NCBI GenBank assembly: GCA_965215195.1
Contig: CBDCDC010000002.1
Span: forward strand, 4,064,001 to 4,128,000
Source of the DNA: Candidatus Latescibacterota bacterium
GTDB taxonomy: Bacteria; Latescibacterota; UBA2968; UBA8231
DNA length: 64,000 nucleotides
Reading direction: 5' to 3'
In this document: positions 39,326 to 50,504 of the stretch, piece after piece
Layout of the letters: each line of letters starts with the position of its first letter
Position numbering within the stretch: the first letter of the stretch is position 1
Translations under genes and position numbers: made by a program
The notes under the pieces: generated by a model
What the model was told of the DNA's origin: nothing
Database searches by the model: none
Seen by the model: the letters and a program-made list of their open reading frames with translations, nothing else

Positions 39326-39382
39326 TTAGGTCCCCCGGCGGCGGGGGACTGGCCACGGGCCGCTAACCAAAAGGAGGATGTC

Positions 39383-41140
39383 ATGCCTATCCGTTTAGCA
39401 GTGTTCGCGCTCGTCATCGGTCTATGGGGCTGTGAGAGCGATGATAATGACCCGCTACCCACCGCTCCGCGAGAAACGGTTCTGCGCCCGAGCGGGGACT
39501 TGAAACCTTGGGATCTCTCCCCCATCGTCCCGGTCGACTCGGTTCGCACCATGCCCACCGGTACGCCCGTATTCCTGCGGACCGAATTTGCCAACGGCCA
39601 ACTCGCCGATCTCGAAATGACCTTCGTACGGGTGGTCGATACGTTCAGGCCGCCGATGCCCGTCTACATGGTCGAAGCCTCGGATCCTGTTTTGATACAA
39701 CTCGGGGGCATTGCCCGGGGCATGAGCGGTTCGCCCATTTTTACGGAGCAAGGCACTTGGGGGGCCATTGCGTATGGATTTTCCGGGCAAGACAGTCCGC
39801 CGTACTACTTTTTTGCCACGCCCATAGAATGGGTCATTGGCACTCAGGGAGCGATGCCATTGGCCAAACCTGCGGCAACGTGGGAAGGCAACCGCATAGC
39901 ACCTCTGGCTATTCCCTTGCTGGACACGGGATTCAATGGTGCCTATCAGCCGCACGATCACAGTCCGCCCCTCGAGGTGACCCCGGCCGGGAAAACCCAG
40001 CAGCCTCAGGAAAGCTTTGAGGCCGGCAGACCCCTCGCGGTCGGTTTGGTGTTAGGTGAGAATACCATGGCTTCGTTGGGAACCATATCGTACGTCGATG
40101 GCAATCGGGTATATGGTTTTGGGCATCCCATGTCTTCTGCCGGTCCGGTAGAGCTGCCCATAATAGAAGCACAGGTGCTCGGCGAAGTGTCGAGCACGTT
40201 ATCGCCGTTCAAGTTTGCGACGCTCAACCCGACCGTGCGGGGAACCCTGACCGAAGATCGTTTGCCGGCGGTGCGCGGGATACTCAATGAGGAGCCGGAA
40301 CTCGTACCGCTCAGGAGCGTATACACCTTTTCTTCCGGGCGTGTGCTCGAAAGTACACACAGGTTGGCGACGGTCGGTGTGGCCCCATCGAGGATAGTCA
40401 CTTTTGCGACTAGGGGTCTTTTTGCCCCATTGACCAGCCGAGTTGAAAACGAGCCGAACCATAGTGTGCGCCTCAGAACGGATATTTCTTTTGTCGGAAC
40501 CGATTCGATACTCGCTCGCTCCCGGCTCTACGCCGATCGCCACGGAGGACTCTCGTCTGCCATCCAAAGTGCTCAGTCGGACCTGTCAGACATACTCAAT
40601 CAACTCATAGGGCGAGATGATTACGCTTTGCAGCTACGCGAGGCCGAGGTCCACGTTGAGTTAGTACCTGAATCCCGTTTTGCAAAAGTGGTAGCGGTCG
40701 CTGCCGACACCGTCGTCCGCGCTGGAAGCACGCTGCCTGTTACCACCTCGCTGCGCGTGGGACGGAGCAGCGACCGGGAGATCGAGCTGGCACTCAGCGT
40801 ACCGGACACGCTTCCCGTTGGTGCTTACCAACTCGAAGTGGGTTCCGCCGCAACCCTGAGCGACGATCCGGCAGAAGAGTTTTTCAGTGGGCCATCGCTT
40901 GGACAGTCTGGTGTTTCTACGAGCGATGAAACGCTCGACGAGCTTTTTGCCCGACTGAATCGAACGGACCAAAATGTCCTCTTGAGCGTGCGTTTGACGT
41001 TTGTTAGACCACTTGAGGAAGGAGATGCACTTTTTGGGGCCTACACATTTCCCCCCACTGTAGCGGTTTCTACGCAGGAAGAGCTCGATTTATTTCTCGA
41101 AGGCGTTCAAACCCTTGAGGTACAAGTGGTAGAGGATTAG
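39383..41140 (+). CDS. SpoIVB peptidase S55 domain lipoprotein
   Basis: AGGAGG RBS; lipobox LWGC; GGIARGMSGSP catalytic Ser motif; GTISYVDGNRVYGFGHP. Confidence 0.85.
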   Translation: MPIRLAVFALVIGLWGCESDDNDPLPTAPRETVLRPSGDLKPWDLSPIVPVDSVRTMPTGTPVFLRTEFANGQLADLEMTFVRVVDTFRPPMPVYMVEASDPVLIQLGGIARGMSGSPIFTEQGTWGAIAYGFSGQDSPPYYFFATPIEWVIGTQGAMPLAKPAATWEGNRIAPLAIPLLDTGFNGAYQPHDHSPPLEVTPAGKTQQPQESFEAGRPLAVGLVLGENTMASLGTISYVDGNRVYGFGHPMSSAGPVELPIIEAQVLGEVSSTLSPFKFATLNPTVRGTLTEDRLPAVRGILNEEPELVPLRSVYTFSSGRVLESTHRLATVGVAPSRIVTFATRGLFAPLTSRVENEPNHSVRLRTDISFVGTDSILARSRLYADRHGGLSSAIQSAQSDLSDILNQLIGRDDYALQLREAEVHVELVPESRFAKVVAVAADTVVRAGSTLPVTTSLRVGRSSDREIELALSVPDTLPVGAYQLEVGSAATLSDDPAEEFFSGPSLGQSGVSTSDETLDELFARLNRTDQNVLLSVRLTFVRPLEEGDALFGAYTFPPTVAVSTQEELDLFLEGVQTLEVQVVED

Positions 41141-41251
41141 AGCGCGTCAAGCGAATTCGGGTGGGGAATGGGCTGGCGTCGGACATTGGGCGGGCTTTCC
41201 AGTTTTGGAACAGACCGACGTGGGGCTGACGTACGCCAGCCCCAGATCTCA

Positions 41252-42079
41252 TTAGGCGGGGTGAAGGATCGCGGAATCGGGTGACACCGGGAAGCACAAG
41301 GTCGCAGGCTGGTACGTCGGGAAGACGCGGGGAAAGGCGCGGCCCGTGGTCGTCTGGCGGGTAGCCGCGTCAATGTAGCAGACGCTGAAGGCGCGACGCG
41401 GTCGATTGGTGCTATTTGTCTCCGAGCGGTGCAAGGTCCAGTTGTGCAAAAGCACCACCTCGCCTTTTTCCATTTCCAAATAGAGCCGCTTCTCGTCCGG
41501 TGCGTACAGGGTGCGCTCGTCCGCCGAGAGTTGATCGCCCGTTTCCGGGATCATGCTGTGGTGCGAGCTGGGGATGATTTGTAGGCAGCCGTTGGCAACG
41601 CACGTGTCGTCGAGCGCGGTCCACACCGTGACTTGGGGGGGAATGCTCAGGTGCCAGCCGCCGACACCGTCTTGGTGCCAGTTGATCGTAACGCCCTGCT
41701 CGGCCGGCTTGTTGAAAAACATGGCGCGAAAGATCGAGACTTCCGCGCCGATGATCTTGGCGGTTAGGTCGCGGAAGAGCGGCTTTTGCAAATAGCCCAA
41801 GAACAGCAGGTCCCGCTCCAAGTCCTGAATTTTGCGGTACTTGAGCGAGGAGCCCTTAAACTCCTTGGTCTGCCGCGAAAGCTCGGGATTGCCGGCCGAA
41901 GGGCATAGCTGCATGAGCATGCCGTCGTAGCGCACTTTGCCGAGCATGATTTGGTCGATGCGCCGGCAGAGCGCGTCAACTTCCGCGCGGGGAGCGACGT
42001 GGCCGAGGCGCACGTAGCCCTGCTGGTGGAACTGGTCGAGTTCGGCGGCACTGAGCGCGGGGGCGTGGAGAACGGTCAT
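41252..42079 (-). CDS. Phytanoyl-CoA dioxygenase (PhyH) family protein
   Basis: FHQQGYV, WHQD, VWTALDD, NGCLQIIPSSH, LHRSETN. Confidence 0.92.
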   Translation of the reverse strand: MTVLHAPALSAAELDQFHQQGYVRLGHVAPRAEVDALCRRIDQIMLGKVRYDGMLMQLCPSAGNPELSRQTKEFKGSSLKYRKIQDLERDLLFLGYLQKPLFRDLTAKIIGAEVSIFRAMFFNKPAEQGVTINWHQDGVGGWHLSIPPQVTVWTALDDTCVANGCLQIIPSSHHSMIPETGDQLSADERTLYAPDEKRLYLEMEKGEVVLLHNWTLHRSETNSTNRPRRAFSVCYIDAATRQTTTGRAFPRVFPTYQPATLCFPVSPDSAILHPA

Positions 42080-42104
42080 GGCAAGCTCCTCTGGGGGGTG
42101 TGGA

Positions 42105-42356
42105 CTACGCCGGCCAAAAACGCAAGAGGATATTGAGTAGAGCTAAACCGGAAGTCACCGCTATGAGTAGCGTGCGAAAACTTCCCTTGAGTTCGGATAT
42201 TTCGGCTTTGAGGTCAGATATTTTGCCCTCTACTCGAGCGATCTCGGCCTTGAGTTCGGCCTTGAGTTCGGCCACATCAGCTTTGGTAGCTAGATGATCG
42301 TAAACGCCTTCGAGTCTAGACAGTCGTTCTTCGGCAGTTAGGGGGGTCGTAGTCAT
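42105..42356 (-). CDS. Small coiled-coil protein with C-terminal TM (DUF1640-like)
   Basis: AAGGAG RBS; LATKADVAELKAELKAEI heptads then hydrophobic tail. Confidence 0.8.
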   Translation of the reverse strand: MTTTPLTAEERLSRLEGVYDHLATKADVAELKAELKAEIARVEGKISDLKAEISELKGSFRTLLIAVTSGLALLNILLRFWPA

Positions 42357-42459
42357 CTTATTCTCCTTTCGGTAGTGAAGTGAAAAAAGTACTGGACGAG
42401 ATAGGAGGGTGTCAACAGAAAAGCGACTAACCACTAATAGCCAAGTTTTAAGAACGCTT

Positions 42460-43107
42460 TTAGGCGAGGCGAGCGAGCGCGTCTTGCCGGCTGATGCGGC
42501 GGAAGGATTGTTCGAGGACGGGACCTTGGCCCTGCCAGCCCTTCCCGCGCTCGCTGTCGGGCACAGAGTCGCAGACGCTTTGGCACCAAGCGGCGAGCGG
42601 ATCTACCGGGCAGCGGATGACCAAGTCCGGGTCGGCGACCGCACCGGTGGCCGAATACGCATAGCAGGTTTCGATGAGCCGCGCGGCCGCGGCCACCTGC
42701 TGCCGCTGATACTCGCACCGGGCCGCAGGGCCGTCGGGCACGAGCAGGATGTGGACACCGCGATCGGTGATTGCGTTGAGCCGCGCGGCCGCATCGGTGC
42801 CGACCAACACGTCTTTGTGCTCCGGCCAGATGTCGAACATCCCGTAAGCTGCCTTGGGCGTCCGCGATTGGAAGGTGAAGTAATCCGGGTACGCGAAGAA
42901 ATCCTCGCCACTGGCGCGGTAGGTATTGTAAAAGGCGGTCACGTGGGCCATGACCAAATTGACGGCCCCGACGCCTTCGAGGCGATTGGGCGCTAGCAGC
43001 CCCAGCCTTTTGGTATTGGTAAAGCCGCGGAAGTATTCCGCCAGCGCGACCGGCTGGCCGCAGGCGATCATCTCGAAGTCGCTGTCGCGCAGTGTTGAAC
43101 TATGCAT
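42460..43107 (-). CDS. Conserved hypothetical protein
   Basis: MHSSTLRDSDF...FFAYPDYFTF...FDIWP...AITDRGV; natural composition. Confidence 0.7.
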   Translation of the reverse strand: MHSSTLRDSDFEMIACGQPVALAEYFRGFTNTKRLGLLAPNRLEGVGAVNLVMAHVTAFYNTYRASGEDFFAYPDYFTFQSRTPKAAYGMFDIWPEHKDVLVGTDAAARLNAITDRGVHILLVPDGPAARCEYQRQQVAAAARLIETCYAYSATGAVADPDLVIRCPVDPLAAWCQSVCDSVPDSERGKGWQGQGPVLEQSFRRISRQDALARLA

Positions 43108-43178
43108 GTATAAGCCCGTCCACGATCCCAATGTAACGCCATTTGCCGCGCCGCCACAAGCAGGTAGCGACGCTCCCC

Positions 43179-43964
43179 TTAGTCCAGCAGAATGCCGCCA
43201 TCAATGACGATATTTTTGCCTGTCATCGACGGGGTTCTACACAGCATTTCAAAAACGTAGAGCAAATGCACAGGGGGGACTTCCTGATTCCACACCTTCA
43301 TTAGGTTTTTGACCCCGTCAATGGCTTGGCGCGGCGTATTGGAAATCATCTGGCCGCTGACAATGACCGGGCTGATGGAGTTGACGCGGATCCCGAATTC
43401 CTTACCTGCCTGCACCGCATAGTTGCGGCTGAGACCGAGCAGGGCCGCCTTGCTGCAAACATAGGGTGCCCCCACGTACAGCCCGCCCACCAGTGCGGCC
43501 AGCGACACAATGTTGATGATTTGCCGGTCGCCGCTGCCATGCTGCATCAAGCCGACCGCGCCTTGGCTCATAAAGGCCGCGCCTTTTGCATTTACATTGA
43601 GGACGCGGTCCCAGTTGTCCTCAGTCATGTCGAGTAACGTTACCTCGCTGAGGAGCCCGGCGCTATTGATGAGCATGTCGAGGCCGTCGTACTGTTTGGC
43701 GATTTCAGCATAGAAGGATTTGATCTGGGCGACATCGCTGAGGTCCACGCGATGGACGCTATGCTCGCCACCGTAGGACGAAACTGCCTCTACCGCGTCG
43801 TCCTGCGGCACCACATCGACCAGAATGGGGATCCCGCCGCACGAGGCAATAAAGGTCGCAAAGAGTTTTCCAATCGTCCCACTGGAGCCGGTGATAATGC
43901 AGCGCCGACCCGCGAGGTATTCTTGCATCGTCACGTACTGCTCAAGCCCTGTACTCCCGTTCAT
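43179..43964 (-). CDS. SDR family oxidoreductase
   Basis: ITGSSGTIG, LINSAG, WDRVLNVN, YVCSK (YxxxK), IRVNSISP. Confidence 0.88.
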   Translation of the reverse strand: MNGSTGLEQYVTMQEYLAGRRCIITGSSGTIGKLFATFIASCGGIPILVDVVPQDDAVEAVSSYGGEHSVHRVDLSDVAQIKSFYAEIAKQYDGLDMLINSAGLLSEVTLLDMTEDNWDRVLNVNAKGAAFMSQGAVGLMQHGSGDRQIINIVSLAALVGGLYVGAPYVCSKAALLGLSRNYAVQAGKEFGIRVNSISPVIVSGQMISNTPRQAIDGVKNLMKVWNQEVPPVHLLYVFEMLCRTPSMTGKNIVIDGGILLD

Positions 43965-44150
43965 AAGCTGTATCTCCTGCGCCGCTCAGGCGTTGGTGTT
44001 CCTTAACGAATGTACAGGCATTAAAAGGCCCTTGCGGACGCTAGTCAAGGAGCGGCCCGGTTGGGACTCGGCGCCCCTCCTTGACTGGGCCGCGAAAAAT
44101 CTCTTTATCCATAGCGCGAACCACGCACCAACTAAAAAGGAGCCAATCCA

Positions 44151-45227
44151 TTGACTGAATCTACTCGCCAAAGCATCCGACCGGATGACCTAAAAGACTT
44201 TTGCATCGCCGCTATGGTCAAAGCCGGCCTCAGCGCAGAAGACGCCGAACTAAGTGCCCGCGTCTTGGTCACCACCGATACTTGGGGCACCTTTACGCAC
44301 GGCACTCGGCAGATCCGCGGCTTGATGCAGAATGCGCGGCGTGGCCGTCTAGTTGCGACCGCAAAAGAGAAAATCGTCGCTGAAGGGCCGTCTTGGGCCA
44401 TTATCGACGCCTGCGACGGCATGCCGCCCGCCATCTCCTGCCGCGCCGTTGAACTGGCCGTTGCAAAAGCCCGCCAAAGCGGCATGTGCTACATCGGCAT
44501 CCGCGGCAGCAGCCACTACGGTGCGGCCGGGTTTTACGCCAACATGATTGCCGAAAACGACATGATCGGCCTTTCCATGTGCAATGTGGAACCCTGCATG
44601 ACCGTGCCAGGGGGAAAGAGTAGAGTTCTGGGGACCAACCCAATCGCCTACGCCGCACCGACCGGCACCGACCGCACCGTCATGCTCGACATTGCCACCA
44701 GCGCGGTTGCGGCGACCAAGATATTCGCGGCCAAAAACGAAGGGCGCAGCATTCCCGACACCTGGCTGGTCGATGAAGACGGCATCCCAACGACCGATCC
44801 CACTGAGTTTCCGGAAAAAGGGGCGCAGTTGCCCATGGCCGGGCACAAAGGGTACGGGTTGGCCGTGCTGGTGGAGCTGCTGACGGCCACCCTTAGCGGG
44901 GCGGCGATGATGAGCGGCGTCCAGAGCTGGGTAGCCGACACGGACGCGCCCTCAAACCAAGGTCACGCCTTTATCGCCATTGACGTCGGTGCCATGATGC
45001 CGCTGGAGGAATTCCGCGCCCGCATGGACGCCTTATGCAAAGAGATCAAAGGTGCCTCCACAGCCAAAGGCGGGACCATCTTCCTGCCGGGCGAGATCGA
45101 GTGGAACAAGCGCGATCAAGCCCTAGCCGAGGGTATTGTCATGCCCGAGGATGTGCTGATCAGTCTGCGGGGACTGGCCGAGGACAGCGGGCTCGACCCC
45201 GCGGATTTTAATTTGGACTTGGGCTGA
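44151..45227 (+). CDS. Ldh_2 family oxidoreductase (malate/L-lactate/sulfolactate dehydrogenase type 2)
   Basis: GTFTHG, SSHYGAAG, LGTNPIA, LDIATS, GHKGYGL, LPGEIE; AAGGAG RBS with TTG start. Confidence 0.92.
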   Translation: MTESTRQSIRPDDLKDFCIAAMVKAGLSAEDAELSARVLVTTDTWGTFTHGTRQIRGLMQNARRGRLVATAKEKIVAEGPSWAIIDACDGMPPAISCRAVELAVAKARQSGMCYIGIRGSSHYGAAGFYANMIAENDMIGLSMCNVEPCMTVPGGKSRVLGTNPIAYAAPTGTDRTVMLDIATSAVAATKIFAAKNEGRSIPDTWLVDEDGIPTTDPTEFPEKGAQLPMAGHKGYGLAVLVELLTATLSGAAMMSGVQSWVADTDAPSNQGHAFIAIDVGAMMPLEEFRARMDALCKEIKGASTAKGGTIFLPGEIEWNKRDQALAEGIVMPEDVLISLRGLAEDSGLDPADFNLDLG

Positions 45228-45236
45228 GAAGCCGCT

Positions 45237-46631
45237 TCATCTCTCTCCGAAATACCGCGCCAGCGCCCGCTCCGGCGGCCACAAGTCGAGCAACTCGACG
45301 GCCTCTGCCAGCGACGTACCGGCAAAGGACGCCTCCAACTCCTCCCGCGTGCGCCGCCGCGCTGGACGTTCGTCCAGATTGGCCATCTTGAACAGCACCC
45401 GCGCGTTGATCGCCGCGCATTCGCTCAGGCCCTGGGGATAAACCTTGTCCGCGGTGTCGGCCCGGCTGTGGCCGTAGAAGCGATCCTCGGGCCATACCGA
45501 CTCCGTGCCCAGACCCACGGTGGGTACGCCGTGGGCGAAGAACGGGAAGTGATCCGAACCCCAGCTCGTCGTGCCGCAGGACGCGCCAAAGGGCTTTTCG
45601 AGCCCATCCACGCGTACGCGACTCGCCACCGCCTCCAAGACCGGCAGCAGATCCTCGGCCCCGGCAATTCCCAGTCCCGAAGGCCGGCCGCCGACATCGT
45701 TGTTGATCATCAGCGAGGTGTCGTCGAGTTCGCCAGCGTGGCGCTGCGTGTACGCCCAGGACCCGACCAGTCCCGACTCCTCGACCCCGAAGGCGACGAA
45801 CCGCACTGTGCGCCGCAGGTGCTGGCGATGCAAGGCGAGCGAGCGGGCCGCCTCGACCACGGCGACCACGCCCGCGGCATTGTCAATAGCGCCGGGGCCC
45901 ACGTGCCAGGTGTCGTAGTGGCCGCCGCAGACCAAGATCTCCTGCGGATGCTCCCTCCCGGTCAGCTCGCCGACCACGTTCCACGACTCCTTGGGCTCGA
46001 TGCGGCTGTCGAGGACCAACCGCAGACGCACTGGTCCACGCCGCTGCTGCAGACGCTTGAGGTACTCGGCGTCTTCGAGGCTGATCGAGGCCACCGGTAG
46101 GTCGCCGACCCGCTGGAAGCAGCAGGTGCGGGCCGGCTGTAGGGCACCGGCGTAGTTGCGGTGCTCGAGGAGTGCCACCGCGCCGAAGCGCGCTGCTAGG
46201 GGCGTCTTCAACTGGCGGGCAAAGGGGTAGTAGGGTGCCACTGCGATGCGGCCGCGCACCTCGTCGGCCCGCTGCGCCAACTCCTCGGCGTCGCAGCACT
46301 CGAGGAACACCACCTCCCCTTCCACTCCCTGCGCTGGGGTCGAAGGCGACAGCCCTCCGCACCGACATGGAATCGAGCGTCCTGCCTCCGGTGCCACCAC
46401 GGTCAACTCCTCGCGCTGCGGTCGCCAGGCGCGGTACTCGAAGGGTTCCAAGTGGACGCGGTCGAGTCCATAGCGCTGAAAGGTCTGCAGCAGGAAGTCC
46501 CGCGCCCGGACCTCCCCCTCGCTGCCGGCTACGCGCATGCCGATGTCGTCGGCCAGCACGAGCAGGTTTTCCCAGGCCTCGGACCGCGCCTCAATCTCGG
46601 CGACGATTGCTTCTTCGATTTTGTTTTCCAT
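45237..46631 (-). CDS. M28 family peptidase with PA domain (carboxypeptidase Q-like)
   Basis: IGMRVAGS, GGHYDTW, GAIDNAAG, FGVEESGLVGS, SDHFPF, HSRADT. Confidence 0.9.
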   Translation of the reverse strand: MENKIEEAIVAEIEARSEAWENLLVLADDIGMRVAGSEGEVRARDFLLQTFQRYGLDRVHLEPFEYRAWRPQREELTVVAPEAGRSIPCRCGGLSPSTPAQGVEGEVVFLECCDAEELAQRADEVRGRIAVAPYYPFARQLKTPLAARFGAVALLEHRNYAGALQPARTCCFQRVGDLPVASISLEDAEYLKRLQQRRGPVRLRLVLDSRIEPKESWNVVGELTGREHPQEILVCGGHYDTWHVGPGAIDNAAGVVAVVEAARSLALHRQHLRRTVRFVAFGVEESGLVGSWAYTQRHAGELDDTSLMINNDVGGRPSGLGIAGAEDLLPVLEAVASRVRVDGLEKPFGASCGTTSWGSDHFPFFAHGVPTVGLGTESVWPEDRFYGHSRADTADKVYPQGLSECAAINARVLFKMANLDERPARRRTREELEASFAGTSLAEAVELLDLWPPERALARYFGER

Positions 46632-46638
46632 TGCTACC

Positions 46639-48117
<1,479 letters not shown>

Positions 48118-48621
48118 GGTTCGGTCCTTTTTTGGCGGAATCTGGCCAGCCGGCGAAAGCGACTCGACTCGAAAGATGGATGGGGCCATTGAGTCGTCAA
48201 TGCTTGTAAAAACCCTGTCTCGCCCGAATGAAGCTGTTCACGCTCTTCACTCAGCGCAGCACCGCCAGAGTACCAGAAGCTCAGAAACGGGTCGTTTAGC
48301 TTGTATAGAGAACGCCTCGTCGATTTGGTGGTCGCCGGACAATCGGCATCGGGGTAGCTGACCCGTCGGCGGCGAACCAGACTGCGTAACGGCGCTTCTT
48401 TGAGTTGAGCGGGTAGGCGCTGGGCTGCGATTGTAGAGGCGGCCTGAACGTTGCCAGACCGCCTCTAAGGGCCGTGCGTCGTGTGCCCGCAATGCGGCTG
48501 ATCTATACGGCTGCCCGAATGGATGGCTCTGCCTCGGTAAACCCTGCGCCGCGCCGCTGTAATACCCTTGACCCGACCCCTGTGGATGGTATCGCGCACC
48601 AAACGGCAATGAGGGTTTTCA

Positions 48622-50349
48622 TTATTGATGGACCGTAACGCCTGCTGCTTTGAGGGCGGGGATGTGTGTGTTGATTGACTCGGTACTGAGGGTAGTGATG
48701 CCCCGGAGATCCAGTTCTTCCAAGTTGGTCAGGCTCGTCAACGGACCCACATTCGTAATGGACGTGTGAGTCAGCGATATAAGTTCCAAGTTGGTCAGGC
48801 TCGCCAACGAAGCCACCCCCGCATCCCCAATGGACGTGCTATTCAGCTCCAGTTCCCATAGCGCGGTCAGGCTCGCCAACGAAGCCACCCCCGCATCCCC
48901 AATGGACGTGTTACTCAGAGCCAGCCATCTCAGGTTGGTCAGGCTCGTCAACGAAGCCGCCCCCGCATCCGTAATGGACGTGCTACTCAGATTCAGATCT
49001 TGCAAGGTAGTCAGGCTCGCCAACGAAGCCGCCCCCGCATCCCCAATGGACGTGCTACCCAGATACAGTGTATGCAGTTTGGTCAGGCTCGCCAACGAAG
49101 CCGCCCCCGCATCCCCAATGGACGTGCTACCCAGATCCAGCGTTTGCAAGGTAGTCAGGCTCGCCAACGAAGCCGCCCCCGCGTCCCCAATGGACGTGCT
49201 ACCCAGATCCAGCGTTTGCAAGGTAGTCAGGCTCGCCAACGAAGCCGCCCCCGCATCCCCAATGTCCGTGCCATTCAGATGCAGCGCGCTCAATTTGGTC
49301 AGGCTCGCTAACGGACTCACATCCGCAAGAGCCGCGTTGCCGGTCAGTTCCAGAACAACCAGCGCCGTCGCGTGTTCGAGGCCGGCCAAGCTCTGAATGT
49401 CTAGACGGTTTGCGGCAAGAGTTCTTAGGGACGCCAGATCCTCGGGTGTAAGTGCGCCTGTCGGTTTACCCAGTTGCCCCCGCACCGCACCCTCTAAGTT
49501 GGCGTCGGCGAACGAGACGACTACCGGGGCCGGGGGTGGAGCCGGGGCCGGGTCTGCTGCCGGGGCCGGTGGTGGTTGCGGGTTCGGCAGGACGACGGAG
49601 ACCTTGACGTCCTGCTCTATCAAGGTGGGAACCTGTTCGGCGAGGTCCGGTTGGCGAATGAGATTGTCCACTAAGCCCAGCCAGTCCAGCCGGGTCAGAC
49701 CATCCAACGCACTCACGTCCGCCACCGCGTTGTACCCCAAGTCCAGCGAGGTCAGCTGGGTCAACCCCGCCAACGCACTCACCGCTTCAATCGCGTTGCC
49801 CCACAGGTTCAGGTAGGTCAGCTTCGTCAAGCCTGCCAACGCACTCACGTCCGCCACCTCGTTGCCCCACAGACTCAACCATTTCAAATTGGTTAACCCC
49901 GCCAACGCACCCACATCCACCACCTGATTATGCCCTAAGTTCAGGTGGGTCAACTGGGTCAAGCCTGCCAACGGACTCAAATCCACAATCTGGTTGCCCC
50001 ACAGGTTCAGCGTGTCCAGCGCCGTCGCGTGTTCGAGACCGGCCAAGCGCTCAATGCCTGAGACGTCTTGCCATTCTACGTCGAGTTTCGTCAGGGACGC
50101 CAGATCGTCGGCGGTCAGCGGGCCTTCCGGCTTGTTCAGCGTCCGCCGCACCGCACGCTCTAGGTTGGCATCGGCAAACGAGACGACAGCGGGCGCAGGG
50201 CTGTCGGTTGCAGCGTCCGACGGCGTACTATCGGCTTCGGCCTGCCCCAAGGCTTTGCCCGCTGGCACCGGCGCGACCGGCGGATCGGAACAGGCCACTA
50301 CGCCTAAAACGACGACCAGCAGGGCGTTTATTCGCTTCCATAACGGCAT
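48622..50349 (-). CDS. Leucine-rich repeat lipoprotein, paralog 1 (two LRR modules)
   Basis: Lipobox VVAC; two VVSFADANLE caps; 22-aa internalin-like and 24-aa IGDAGAASLA repeats; Pro-rich linker; AAGGAGG RBS. Confidence 0.93.
   Translation of the reverse strand: MPLWKRINALLVVVLGVVACSDPPVAPVPAGKALGQAEADSTPSDAATDSPAPAVVSFADANLERAVRRTLNKPEGPLTADDLASLTKLDVEWQDVSGIERLAGLEHATALDTLNLWGNQIVDLSPLAGLTQLTHLNLGHNQVVDVGALAGLTNLKWLSLWGNEVADVSALAGLTKLTYLNLWGNAIEAVSALAGLTQLTSLDLGYNAVADVSALDGLTRLDWLGLVDNLIRQPDLAEQVPTLIEQDVKVSVVLPNPQPPPAPAADPAPAPPPAPVVVSFADANLEGAVRGQLGKPTGALTPEDLASLRTLAANRLDIQSLAGLEHATALVVLELTGNAALADVSPLASLTKLSALHLNGTDIGDAGAASLASLTTLQTLDLGSTSIGDAGAASLASLTTLQTLDLGSTSIGDAGAASLASLTKLHTLYLGSTSIGDAGAASLASLTTLQDLNLSSTSITDAGAASLTSLTNLRWLALSNTSIGDAGVASLASLTALWELELNSTSIGDAGVASLASLTNLELISLTHTSITNVGPLTSLTNLEELDLRGITTLSTESINTHIPALKAAGVTVHQ
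48790..49310 (-). repeat. Coding tandem repeat, 72-bp unit, about 7 copies
   Basis: GTCAGGCTCG(C/T)CAACGAAGCC recurs at 48794, 48866, 48938, 49010, 49082, 49154, 49226. Confidence 0.9.
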
Positions 50350-50504
50350 TGTTTGCCTCCTTCTATAATAAGGTTTGAGGGATCAGGAGCGGGAATCGTC
50401 CGCCCTAGCAGACGACAGCCGCCGTAGCTACTACCTATTGTGTTCGTAGATCACCCGATGGCTCCTCAGCGGGATCACCCCTACTACGAGAATGAGGGTT
50501 TTCA

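Noticed and set aside
39119-39382. N-terminal extension of the S55 ORF and ORF 52725-53090 sharing peptide similarity
   Set aside because: Both are translations of the same MITE sequence, not protein domains
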